64,000 nt of DNA from Microthyrium microscopicum. Lineage: Eukaryota. The translations under genes were made by a program, and so were the position numbers. Within the stretch, counting starts at the first letter, position 1, and each line of letters starts with the position of its first letter. The stretch spans positions 895,275-959,274 of the forward strand of contig MU004234.1 in assembly GCA_010405405.1 (NCBI GenBank). Reading direction: 5' to 3'. The notes under the pieces were generated by a model, which was not told the origin of the DNA, made no database searches, and saw only the letters and a program-made list of their open reading frames with translations. Shown in pieces: positions 48,575 to 61,100 of the stretch.

Positions 48575-50407
48575 ATGGACATTTCTGACTTCGAGGAAGC
48601 GGCTGGAGCTCAGTTTAGTTCTTTACTCAGCTGGAAAGGACGAGACGACGAAAAAGATGACGACAACAAGGGACCAGAAACACGAATCGAGAACGTTCAA
48701 CCGCCCAGGCGACCACCAGGGAAACCATCGAACAAAATAAGATCATGGACTTTAGAGATCTTGACCCTTGTTGGAGCGATTCTTTCTGAAGGAAGCATAT
48801 TTGCCGTTCTCTTCTACATGAATGATAATGCCCTGTCTAAATGGCCAGTACAGAATCAGATCACTCTGAATGCCGCAATTTCCGTCTTCTCTACCCTATT
48901 CAAGTCACTACTTCTGGTTTCAGTCGCAAGCTGCATAATACAGGCTAAATGGACCCACTTCAAACAACCTCGAACCATGTATGACATGCATCGATATGAT
49001 CGAGCGACGCGATCAGCGAAAGGATCGCTGTTGCTACTATTGAACAACAGACCTTTTTGGAGTTTGGCTTCAATAGGGGCCATCATAATGGTCTTTTCTG
49101 TCTTACTTGATGCCGCCACCCAGCAATTGATAGAATTCAGGTCTGACTCGGTGCGGATCGTGGACGAGAACCAGGGAGGAATGTTGTCTCTGAGTACAGT
49201 TTACGACACCGGAGCAAAGAAGAATAACCTAGGAAGATTTGATTGTACAGTAAATGCCCCAAGTCTTAGCTTCGGAGATTGACTGAAATTAGACCATACC
49301 TTTGATATGAGAATGCAAGCAGCAGCCATAAATGGCTTGTCAGGTTTCTTGACCCCGATGAACTTCGAATGCACATTGTCGGAATGTAGATGGAATGACA
49401 ACGAGATTTACACTACGCTTGGCTTTGGAAGTAATTGCAAGAATGTCACATCGATCAGCACCGAGGATTGCGGCTTTCCTAATGTCACCATCTCCACACC
49501 AAATGTTGGCAAAACCTGCAATGTCACCACCCCAGGCAACAACACAATAGGGTGGTTCTATTCCCAGTCATCAACTCGAACAGACATCGTGATCACTTCC
49601 AAACCCTCGGTTGGAATTAACACCTACTACGAGCCTACTGATGTAGTCAGTAACCCAACGAATCTCCTCAACTTTGCGATGTTCAGAATGTATGGCAATA
49701 AAAACGATCAAGTGGACTTTCTTCCATGGGACCTTATCGAATGTAGCATAGATCTCGTCGGTTACAAGTACTCCGGGATGTCAGTCAAAAACTCATCGCT
49801 TCAAATCGAAGACATTAGGAGACTGGCCCTCCAGAAGGGTATTGCACGTGGAACATATCTAGGCAGTATGATTGACTTCACCAGTGTGGAAGGCAATCAC
49901 ACCTTCGTGGCCAATTCTCTCGACTTGCAAATTGTTAGAACATACCTAAAGAGCAATATATTTGACGGAGAACTCGAATCTGGAGACACGGATCAGAGCA
50001 TGAGTGTACCCCTAGGCCCTCTACTCCTTCGCTCCAGGAACATCACAGCGGCAGTCAGCATGATGGCTCAAAGCATGACTAATGTTATCAGCCAAAGCGA
50101 CAATAGCACCAACATATATGGAGACGCCTTTGAACAGCAACCCATTGTTCACGTTCGATGGCTCTATTTTGCTCTGCCGGGTTTGCTGCTCCTTATAACA
50201 GCCATTCTACTGTTCTCGACTATCTCGAAGGCCAAGCGATCCAAGCCGGTGGTCTGGAAAATTTCTGGCACCGAGATGCTTGCCCATCAGATTGTCAACT
50301 GGCACAATCAAAATGCTGAAGAAATTGGGAATACGGTGGTCGATGCGTCGGCAAGACAGTTGAAGATAATGCTTGCAGACGACATGACCTTTCAAATCTC
50401 ACCATGA
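48575..50407 (+). CDS. DUF3176-like membrane protein, intact tandem paralog (2 exons)
   Basis: SWTLEILTL, ITLNAAISVFSTLFKSLLLVSVASCIIQAKW, YDRATRSAKGSLLLL, an intron at about 49244-49292, then CTLSECRW and VHVRWLYFALP. Colinear with the 46128-47972 copy. Confidence 0.85.
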
Positions 50408-50756
50408 ACTTCTCTCTTCGTAAAGGAGCTAAATTCTGGACCCTGTCATCCTATAGCCTGGGACGAGTTGTGTTACGTACATGGCATGGCACGTTAATTG
50501 ATACCTTATACAAGTCAACTGGGATGATCGTGTTAAAGGAAGTCCACTTGATCGCCACTTTGTGTTGTAAGCAACAAAGCACTGATTTGATTCGAGAATT
50601 GCGGGAGGGAGCAAGCCTATATCCTTATCTTATTCACAAACTGGGGGTATCCTTTACTGCTGTAAGAATAGTTCGAGGCAAGCCTCCAACAACAATCAAA
50701 GACCAACTGTACTATCTCCCGGATCCTCTCTCGCGTGTGCCTAAAAATTCGAAGGG

Positions 50757-51344
50757 CTACTCATCTGACACTGTTTCTGTAGCTTTCTGGGCAGGAATGA
50801 TCATTTCCACTTCCGCGGCAACAACCTTCGGGTTCTGACTACGCGCAGCCTCAGACTGGGCAGCGCCTTCCAAAGGACTCAGCCAGCCAATACGATCCTT
50901 ACACCAAATCTCACGCCTCGGTCTAAGTTTCGTCTCATGAAGGTGAAAATCATCCACAGTGCCGATTCTCAAGAGATGTGCTCCCTTAGATCCAATCCGA
51001 TACATGAGCGTCCCACATATTTTACAGAAGTAGTTCGTCATAAGATTTCCAGAAGCGATGGTCTTCGTCTGAGCAAACGCTGTTAGATTCTCCTGGCCAC
51101 GAACATGCGTAAGGTGTGTGTCGCGAATTGAAAAGATTGAAGAGAATGTAGATGCCGTGATCTTGCGGCAGTCTGTACAATGACACAGGAAAGTACTGAG
51201 AAGACCAGGCGCTTGAAGAGGGAATGATAGCTGGACTGCTCCACAGTAGCATGTTGCTGTTGCTGAGTCGTCTTTGGACCAGCCGTCAGTTGCGGCACTA
51301 GCGAGAGGAATGTATGGCTTTGACATATCGGTTTTTGTTTCCAT
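50757..51344 (-). CDS. GFA/CENP-V (Mss4-like) zinc-binding family protein, 195 aa
   Basis: ATCYCGAV, CHCTDCRK and YFCKICGTLM zinc-ligand pattern. Confidence 0.9.
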   Translation of the reverse strand: METKTDMSKPYIPLASAATDGWSKDDSATATCYCGAVQLSFPLQAPGLLSTFLCHCTDCRKITASTFSSIFSIRDTHLTHVRGQENLTAFAQTKTIASGNLMTNYFCKICGTLMYRIGSKGAHLLRIGTVDDFHLHETKLRPRREIWCKDRIGWLSPLEGAAQSEAARSQNPKVVAAEVEMIIPAQKATETVSDE

Positions 51345-51773
51345 GATTGAATCGTAGGGCTCAACTGCTTCTATCTTATTTTAGTCTTCACTTGCTACGG
51401 CTCATAGAGCGCATTTTATATACTCCGATGCTGAAGTGTAAATATCATCAAATGCTGTAGCCTATTTCGACATTTCGCCGGAATCGGCGAAAACACCAGC
51501 GGTCCGGTCCGTAACTCCCGCCAGTTCTAATTAGGAAGCATGTTTACAAAAAGTTACGCTCTTTTCTCGAGCTACGTACTCAGGAAGTGGGCATACTCTG
51601 GAGGTCATTCGATCTCTTTTGACGCAAAACCACGACGGAGAAAGATCTTGATATCAGAAGACCTCGATGCAAGTGCTCAATTGTATTACAAAGTTAACAA
51701 GTTCCAGCCAGTATCTACCTACTTTACTGCTAACTCATTTCCCGGAATTTTTGGCAAGCTCTAGCAAGCATCC

Positions 51774-54267
51774 TTATTCGTACAATGATCTGTCAGTTGT
51801 ACCTTGCTTGCTTGCGCTTGGAGCGGTCGCTTTGATGCCGCTCTCTAGACGACTCAGTGTCATATCGTACGCTTTTGCATCACACCAAGATTTCACCTGT
51901 AATCAATCGTGAGCATAAAATTATTCAAGTGACAAGGAAATAATTTACCGTCTTAATAGAATTCTTGATCTCTCGACCATTGAGCTGCCACTGAGCCAAC
52001 TCCAACAAATCCTCGTCGCTTAAGTAATCTTGTGCTCGTCGACTCTTTGGCTCTTCCCGTTCGTCATCTGCTTCAACAGCCTGCTCTTTCATGAGCGGCA
52101 AACGGTCCATGAATTTGCGCCACAAGATCAAGCGGTTTTCGGGTGTCAGAGGTTGGAAAAGCAAGTGGATGTTTACTCGCGAGCGGAAGGCTGTGTCGAT
52201 GGAGTTGTACAAATTTGTCGTCAGGAAGATGATCCCGCGGAAGTATTCTAGCTCTCGCAAGAATATGCTGACGAGCTCATTGCGAGCAATGTCTTGTGGA
52301 TTGCGCTCGGCCATGAACACATCAGCTTCATCGAGAAGTATCACGGCATCCCACTCTGTAGCCATTTCAAAAACTTTCTTCAGGTTGGCTCCTAGTAACG
52401 CAGCATTAATGCCCAAGTCCTCAGCCTGGAGATAATACAGTGGCCGTCTAGTCTTGTCGGCAACTGCTTCGGCTGTAAGTGTCTTTCCAGTTCCGGGTGG
52501 GCCAGAGAGTAACATGACGAGTCCTTGCCCTTTGCCTTTAATAACATCGTCCATTTCCATACCGGCCACACGAGTGCGTTGATGATTCTCGACAAAAGAC
52601 AGAACAAGGTCCTTTTGCTCTTCCGGGTACACCAGATGTTCGTATGCATCGTCATTCCAGACGACAGGTTTGACGTCTTCAACATAAAACTTGAGCCACA
52701 GCTTGTTCTGCAGAGCATAGCCCTTTAGCATGGGCGACAAAAAGATCAGCTCTGGTTCGCGTTCGAGCATGGTCTCCTTGTTAGCAGCGATATCGTCCTC
52801 GGTAAGCCGAGTGATATAGAAGGTTTGAGGTGGATTCAGCGCTCCATCAATTTCGGATTCTGTTTGAGAATCTTGAGGACGATGGTGTGCTCGTGCACGT
52901 CGCCGAAGAGGTTGTATTTTGTTTCGTGCCATATCCTCATCTTTGCCACTGTGAAAGTTCAGTATAGATCTACTTTGTGGTTCGAGAACAATTGAGAATT
53001 CAGCGCATCGCGCCTCGGCACTCAGGAGGTAATTGAAAGAATGCAATGCTGACTGAGAAAAACTTACCCTTTACGATCGCTAGTCTGGTGGTGCTTTTGA
53101 TATCCGTATGTGTCGATTAGGATTCTTCCATCCACCTGTTTTATTGTCAGCAACTTGTTTCCAGTGTATAGGACAAAATGGCTGGGATATACTGACATTA
53201 TGCTTTTCGGTGCATTTCGGCCCAACCCAAAATGCAACGCCTGTATACGTAGAGTACGACAGCCCCTGGAAATCGAGCACTTTCTTCCCGCGAGCGATCA
53301 TTCTGCTTCGAACAGCATCTGCATCTGGATGAAATTCCAACGGGAAGATTGAAACTTCCTTGATGGGTTTGTTACCTTCCCAAGGAAGGAGTTGGAACTC
53401 CACTTCAGCCCAGCTATAGCAGGCGCCGTCAAACTGAATCTCTTTTGCGGTTATCGCCAAGTGTGGTTGCGGCTTGGAAAGATACTTGGTATCGACTATC
53501 TTGAAGATGCGTTCACAGTCTTTTCCAGGATGATAAACCACACAGTCCTTTGGGAAGTATATCCATGCCATTTTGAAGTTCATAAGTCCGCTGGCCATGA
53601 GCTGCTTGACTTGCGATTTGGTGGTTCCGAACACTTCAGCCATGACCTTCAGTAGCAGTAGAAGTTGCTGCTTCAGTGCATCGCCTTCAGTATTTTGGTG
53701 CAGCTCTGCAATCTCATCGTGGCAGAAATAAAGTGGCCGGAATGGTTCCATGAACTTTGTGATCTCGCTAGGATCCACGTAGACATCCTGCTTCTCCAAG
53801 AGTGGCTTCAAAGCTGATATGAGTGCTGGATTCTGAACCTCAAGCATGTGGTATTTGAGCCAAAAGCGACTTCCGATGACTGGCTTTGATGTGTCTTTGA
53901 CCTTGTACAGCTTGACAGCGATGCGGTCGGCCTTGAGTGCCGCTTTTTTGCTGAGTTGTTTTGGTGGTGCTTCACTCCAGTCGTAGTAATCCTCTCGACT
54001 TTTGGGTCCTTCGTAATAGGTCTTGACAATGGGATCAGCTCCCATGATATTGGCATCGTCCGCCTGTTTGGATGATGGGCTGAGGCGCTTGGAGACGCTA
54101 CGCTTAGGTCCTGTTTGTGCATTTTTGAGATCAGAATCATCTGTCTCCAGGGTGACATCGCTCCCAAAGTCGTTGACATGCTTTTCATTGCTGTGAGTGA
54201 GGGACACGAACTTCTCACGCATACCATGGCTCATGTTAGAGAGATCCTCCTTATCAGGCCAACGCAT
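51774..54267 (-). CDS. Fungal AAA+ ATPase with long N-terminal domain, 4 exons
   Basis: Walker A GPPGTGKT, Walker B ILLDEAD, FLRELEYFRGIIFLTTN, AFRSR and LNGREIKN. Short exon VDGRILIDTYGY. Last exon VKSWCD...SLYE* (TAA 51776-51774). Confidence 0.9.
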
Positions 54268-56215
54268 CTTGGATGCTAAAGAGAGTCTATTCTCAAGAAA
54301 TACGAGTGTATACTGAACCTATCAAAGTCAACCCTGTGATTTTCGAATCTTGGAAAAGCTGGAAAAACAGCGTGAAGGTTAGAGGGTCGCGAGGTGCTGT
54401 GTTGTTGTACAATCTTTGTCGGGCGTAAAGCTTTGGGAGCTGGACACAGTGTTAAGAATTCGACACAGAAGACAGCCTGATCTTAAAGAAGGTAACTACC
54501 CCTCAAATAAAGCTATGGGATACCTAGAAATGTATCCGCATACAGTCACCGGTGAAGGGTGGCTGAGCGAAATCCAGCCTGATGAATCAAGGCAACAATG
54601 TGATAACTTTGAACGCCATTTCGATAGTCTCCAGTTTGCAAGTGATGAGACGCCCAGCGAACTGCCTGCACGGAATGTCTTAGCTTGACCATACCACTAT
54701 GTACTTCTTGTGTCTTGTTGGTCCCAAATAATGGGAAAACAAGAAGCGTGATATTTTCGAAGATTCTCATGGGTAGTCTGCCGCAACAAGGCAGACACAG
54801 TGCGAGCTAGGTAGCCCCTTCACGCAATGACAAGTAATAGAAAACCCCGCGATTGTACACTGCGTGAAGGCATATTATAGTGCATAAGTTAATAAATTGG
54901 ATCAGGTATTTGTTGCATGTGTGATGACTCTTCAGCAATGGATGGATGTTAGGATACGTGGCGCAGCGCATTGCACTGCCACACATAGACGACTGTGGCG
55001 TGGAAATTCCAACTCGGAATCCATGTAGTCTGATGGCCACCAAAAGAAGTTTGGGAACACCGGCATGGTATTGTAGTACCTTCGTTAGTATATTCTGGTT
55101 CGCTGTTCTCCTGGAGCATGAGATATCTGGGATCTTGGAAGCTTTAGGAAGATACTCTGATGACCAGGTAGATCTAGGATAGATTTGTCCAAAAGTCGGC
55201 CATTGGTGTCGTGAATAGGAGCAAGTATAACACTGTTCAGTGTGCTTCATTCGATTCTTAAAATGATTAATCTTCTTTCGCTGAACATTTATGGCTGCAT
55301 GTTGTCGTAAACATCAAACCTATCGCCTACATGAGGCAAACCAATGGAGAGAGGTAAAGCTGATGGACCACAAAGACATCCTCCAGTCAAGTCCTACTCA
55401 GCAGCATGGGACGGTTGTATCGGATACAATTCATCAATTCACGATAATGTAAGCCTGTTCTTCCGCAAGCTTTCCACGCTACGACATGGAGTTCCTGGTT
55501 CAGCGCCCTCTCGGGCCCGGAGTTGCTAAAGTCACTCAACCACAACTCTTCAATTGAGCAATCCATACTGTAACTTTGTAAAGCGGTTAAAGTGCAAGAC
55601 CAGAAAGAAAAGCAGATTGAGAAAGGCACGATGCACAATGATGTCTTTAAACTTCGAGTTGGCAAACGCCCTTCTTCGCGCCACGAAGTTTGACCCATAA
55701 GCAGGGCGCCACGAAGACCAGTGGGCGAGGATGTGCTTGTTACAGGCAATTTTAGCAGGGTCTTTGAGGGTTGAAGATCGCCACTCGCTGAAAGCGCTCA
55801 ACCGCGCCCACGTCAGTCCAGGCCTCGGTCCTTTGGGTTGACTTTTGGCGAGCGTTGACTGTCTCAATTGGTTGCTTTTCATCCAAAAAGCCGCTTGGAG
55901 GGCAAAAACATGCCCAATCCCCACGATTGAAGTGACATCCTCAACACTGCCCAGGGTGTGACTTTGAGTTGCGTACTTTGCATTCACCAGCCACTACTCT
56001 ACCATATAACCACTCGCATGCGCTGACTTTGGCGCTGCGTTATCGTCAATTGCTACTGTTCTTTGGATTCCATACCAAGAAATACCTCACCGACTTTTTC
56101 TCATATCACACTGAGCACGTCCATCTTGTCTTCAATCCTCTTTGGAAGTCTCCTGCTCAGCCTCCACTATTATTCTTAATCAATCTGGACACCGACACCG
56201 GTCACTTCCTTCAGC

Positions 56216-57532
56216 ATGCCTTTAGGCAATAGCGTAACTGTAATAAACAAGGGTGGAAAGATCGTGAGCAACGGCAAACAACTTGGCGCATTATGGAATG
56301 AAGCAAAGGCAGCCTATCGCTCCAAAAAGGTTGAGTTGAGAACTGCAAGAAACGCAGAGTATGAAGAGAAGAGGGCCAGGCACATGCTCAAAGGAGTCTC
56401 GCTATCCGACGAGCATCTCCCCAAAAGAGCCTCATCGCATGCAGGGTCCCATCGATCACATCGCTCACGACACGCCAGCAACGAACGGCGCGCAAGTCAC
56501 CAACATGGCCCATCAGATCGTCCTCACCACACTAAACGACCCGATATGGTCGATCGTGGCTACACAGACTCAACCTACGCCAACGATGTTGTGTATGCCC
56601 ATCCTGCACAACCACCTGCGTTCGAGGCCCCAGAACGCGGACTGACCCGTCGCAATACCTCTCCTGCACGCCCGACCTCCTCTCGCTCTTACGATGAGCA
56701 TCTCGCCTACGGTACCCTCCCTCCACCTCTTCCCATGCGACCGTCCGAGACGGAACATGAGCTCAAGGGCCAAATGTCCAAGCTGAACCAACTCCTCGAG
56801 GAGGCAAACTGCCTTCAATACACTGCCACATCGATGATCGAGCACCTTCAAAAGAACCCCGAAGCGCTGGCGGCGGTAGGCTTGACTCTGGCTGAGATCT
56901 CGCAACTTACGCGCAGAGTGGCTCCATCTGCGCTCTTGACCATGAAAACTGCTTTTCCAGCCGTCATCGCGCTACTAGCCTCGCCCGAATTTCTCATCGC
57001 GGGCGGTGTCGCGGTCGGCGTCACTGTAGTAATGCTAGGCGGATACAAAATCATCAAGCGCATCAAGGCCAACAAAGCCCTCGAAAATGCCGATGAAACA
57101 ACCGAGCTGCGCGAACTCGAAGAACTGTCGAGCATAGAACAATGGCGACGCGGAATTGCAGAGGCTGCCGCGACAAGTGAAGGCACAAGTGTGGACGGCG
57201 AATTCATCACACCGCATGCGTCGCAACGACTGCTGGATGAGGGCGTGCTGCAGCCAGAGGACTTTAAACCAAAAGTCGCAGATCGTGCGCGGAGTACTCG
57301 CAGTGGAGGACATAGAAGGAAGAGCACCGGCAGCGTAAAGAGTGAATCAACCGGACGAAGCGGGCGAAGACATAGCCAGCATCATTCCCATCATAAAACA
57401 AGAAGCCATACCAGTATGGATGGCGAGTCAAAGTCGGGAGACAATGTCAAGGTTGGGAAGAGGAAGACGGCATTGAGTGGGATTAAGATGCTTTTTGCTG
57501 GGAAGACGCCGCCGCAGCCGGTTCCATCGTGA
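56216..57532 (+). CDS. Hypothetical protein, 438 aa, with one probable TM segment
   Basis: Long intronless ORF with coding-like codon use. Hydrophobic segment FLIAGGVAVGVTVVMLGGY followed by KIIKRIK. Confidence 0.8.
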   Translation: MPLGNSVTVINKGGKIVSNGKQLGALWNEAKAAYRSKKVELRTARNAEYEEKRARHMLKGVSLSDEHLPKRASSHAGSHRSHRSRHASNERRASHQHGPSDRPHHTKRPDMVDRGYTDSTYANDVVYAHPAQPPAFEAPERGLTRRNTSPARPTSSRSYDEHLAYGTLPPPLPMRPSETEHELKGQMSKLNQLLEEANCLQYTATSMIEHLQKNPEALAAVGLTLAEISQLTRRVAPSALLTMKTAFPAVIALLASPEFLIAGGVAVGVTVVMLGGYKIIKRIKANKALENADETTELRELEELSSIEQWRRGIAEAAATSEGTSVDGEFITPHASQRLLDEGVLQPEDFKPKVADRARSTRSGGHRRKSTGSVKSESTGRSGRRHSQHHSHHKTRSHTSMDGESKSGDNVKVGKRKTALSGIKMLFAGKTPPQPVPS

Positions 57533-58141
57533 TTGCATATCTCAGCATTTTGATTTACATAGCATGCAAGCGATTGAATTTCCGCTCTAAATAGGAAGCA
57601 TTTATGTCAAAGGGATTTGATCAAATATTCTCTTCCTTATTTCTATGAATTGAAAAGCAAATCTACCTCAAAATGTCCCTGTGATCAGAATAAATGCGAT
57701 ATATGAGGATCTTGATGTTTCTTTCACTCACTTCCCCGCGACTCGTCTTCGTACTGTAGTTCTGCCAGTTTTCTACTTACAAACAATCGGCACCGAGTAC
57801 TGCACGATACCTGTCAATCCTCGGAGTGTACCTTGCTATTACACGCCCTATCTTCGAGCCTGCCATGCTGCAGTAGCCAGAGAACTAGTAAGCACAATGT
57901 AGATCCTGCTGTTGGCAGTCACCACTCAGGAGGGACATTGCAACATCAACTCAACGACCCCGGATCCATTGACCAAGGTACCTCTAGCTTCATAACTATC
58001 CCCGCCTTTCAATGGAAGCCTAGATATTCGGATGAAAGATTAATAGATAAGCTTGAGCCATGGCGATATATCAGCAAAGCTCCCGTCCACATTTCACTGA
58101 CCAACATATCTCTATCACACCATCGTCATCACTAGTCCAAG

Positions 58142-61100
58142 ATGACTGGTAGTTGTGCTTTCGGCGCTGATAGCCTATTTGGGCCTCGAGTTCAAACAAG
58201 TTGCCGTGAATTCGACTTTACGCTGCTGTTCGAGGATGCAATATTCATTGCTGTTCCGGCAGGAATGTTTTTGTTGTTACTCCCTATCAGACTTCAATTG
58301 CTTCGAGGCTCAACTGTGAAGGTCAATTCTCATAGATTGGCTATATTAAAATTGGTACGGGTACTTCATTGTCCTTTCAAGTAGTACAAGACTGACAATT
58401 GGGGTCCAAAGCTCACTTTGTTCCTACTTCTGGCACTCCAATTAATATTCCTAGTCTTCCAAGCTCGAAACTCAGTACTTCACACCAAAGCCTCCGTGGC
58501 AGCTGGCATACTGAACATAGTAGCAACATTTTCTGCTGCATGTGCATCCTTCGTTGAAGATCAAAGAGCCGTTGGACCTTCAGACATCTTGGTTCTCTAC
58601 TTCTCCGTCTCTAGTCTTCTGGCACTTCCTCGTTTACGGACACTATGGATGATCGAAGACGTGACCGCATGCAAATCTCTATGGACAGGCATATTTCTCC
58701 TTACTGTGGCCGTTCTATTCGTCGAGTCAACTCGAAAGAGCAAGCTTCTCGTTCCCAGATATCAGAGCTTAGCAAAAGAACAGGTCTATGGCTTCTGGGG
58801 CCGCACTATGTACACTTGGACTTTACCATTATTTCAAATGGGTCATTCCACTATCCTCCGTATCCAGGATATATTCGCCGTCGATGAGCGATTGCAAGGT
58901 CATATCACCGGAAAAGAGCTACAAGAAGCGTGGGAGACTTCTCGATCCAAGCACCGCTTACTCAAGGCCACATTCAAAGCATATAAATGGACTTTTCTTG
59001 CGGGCATCTTGCCACGCGTGCTTCGCAGTGGGTTTTCGTTTGCTCAGCCGTTCCTGATAAACGCGACGATAGATTACATGACAAATCCATCAACTGAAGA
59101 AAATAAGAGACGCGGTCAAGGTTTGATTGGCGCCTATGTCTTGGTGTACTTTGGATATGCTGTAAGCTTTGGATGCTAGAATATCACCAAAATGGTGACT
59201 GACAAGGGAACTATAGATCAGTAATGTGTTATACTATGGAATCACCAATCGGTTTACGGTCATGGTCAGATCGGGATTGATTTCTATGGTCTATGATCAT
59301 ACCATTTCCTTGAAAGCAGACGACCTGGCTGACTCCTCTGCCATCACTCTTATGGGAACTGATGTGGATCGGATCGTGAATAGCTTGAGGGTCATACATG
59401 AGTTATGGGCCGCTGTGCTCGAAGTATCAATCGCGATATGGCTGCTGGAAGGCCGCTTGTGGGTTGCGTCGTTAGTTCCAGTGTTAATTTCTCTTGGTTA
59501 GTGACACCTGCTAACATGAACGCTACTCTACGATTTCGTGTCTGGCTCATCTCGTTATATGCTAGAGGCTAACTACCAATATAGTTGCTGTTGGTGGAAT
59601 GATCCCCGTCTCAACCAAGTCCAGATCCGCGCAGACACAATGGATGCAGCGAGTGGAAAAGCGACTGGCAATCACATCGAGTGCTCTGAAGGATATGAAA
59701 GCCGTTCAGATGCTTGGTCTTACAGATATCTTATCAACCGTAATATCAAACTTGAGATCTCTTGAAGTTAAGACGTCGCTGCGGACTCGCAAGCTGATCA
59801 TCTGGAATCTCAGTCTTTGTAAGTTTCAGGCTTCAATGACATTCATGGAATTATCTACTAATGGCTCTCCTAGCCAATTTACCCATTGAACTTGCTCCTT
59901 ATGGAACTTTCTTCGTCTATGGAATCATCTCAATGGTCAAAAAAGATACGAATCTGCTAGCAGCACAAGCATTTACTTCCCTAGCATTGATATCGTTATT
60001 GACAACTCCTTTGCTTTGGTTTTGCCAGGCTTTGCCTACTCTACTACAAGCGATTGCGTGCTTCGAGCGAATAGAGGCCTATCAAATTCGCAAGTCTCAG
60101 CTTCAAAGCGAGATCAGTGAAAGCGACGGTGCAGAGCCTGCCGCCTCAACAGAAGGCATAGATTTGCAGCCTTGGAACCGCAACTCGTCCTCTGGCCCAC
60201 TCATCACTCTGAAGAATGCTTATGTGGCACGCACCCCTGAAGCAATCCCAATTCTGCACGATATCGATCTTACCATTAACCCGGGCTTCACAATCATCAT
60301 TGGAGCAGTTGGCAGTGGAAAATCAACACTCATGGACACATTCCTAGGAGGAAATGTTTTGCAAAGCGGAACCATGACTCCTTCGCTAAGCAGAGTTGCT
60401 TATTGCCATCAAACTCCATGGATTCAAAACAAGACGATTCGCGAGAACATTACGGGGACTTCGGAGTATGATAAGAAGAGATATGACTTTGCAGTCTGGG
60501 CTTGTGGGCTTGAAGCAGACCTCCTAGCTATACCAGGGGGTGACGAGCGTAAGACTGGAAGCAGTGGAATTGGCTTGAGTGGTGGCCAGAAGCAGAGAAT
60601 TGTGAGTCGGTTGAAGACCTATACTAATAGGATAAAAATCAGTTATTGACTTAATTGTAGGCATTAGCTCGCAGTATATACTCGAACTTACAGGTCACAG
60701 TTCTAGACGATGTTCTTAGCGGACTCGACCTCGAGAACATTGCTTTGATAACCAACAGACTGTTTGGTGAGGACGGATACTTCAGGAAGAACGGAAAATC
60801 CGTCATTCTAATCACCAATTCTTGTAAGTGTTCACTTTTTCATCATTACTGCCTATCATTTCAATCCAAGCTTATCATCAAATAGTCAGCTTGCTCCCAC
60901 ACGCCAACGACATTGTCATACTGAAAGATGGACGTGTTCTGGATTCCGGCAACTACGCCGATATCATCAACCGAAGTCCTGATATCTTTTCTCAAGTCGA
61001 AGAGCTCACTCGCAAGACTTCGAGGACAGAAGATGATCCGATCAAGCCTCAAGTTCAAAATGTATGTTGTTACTCCGACAGAATGCTACATGTCTTGATT

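Noticed and set aside
54416..56232. Multiple 60-150 aa ORFs between the AAA ATPase and the 438-aa gene
   Set aside because: Lie in a divergent promoter region with no motifs or coherent gene model.
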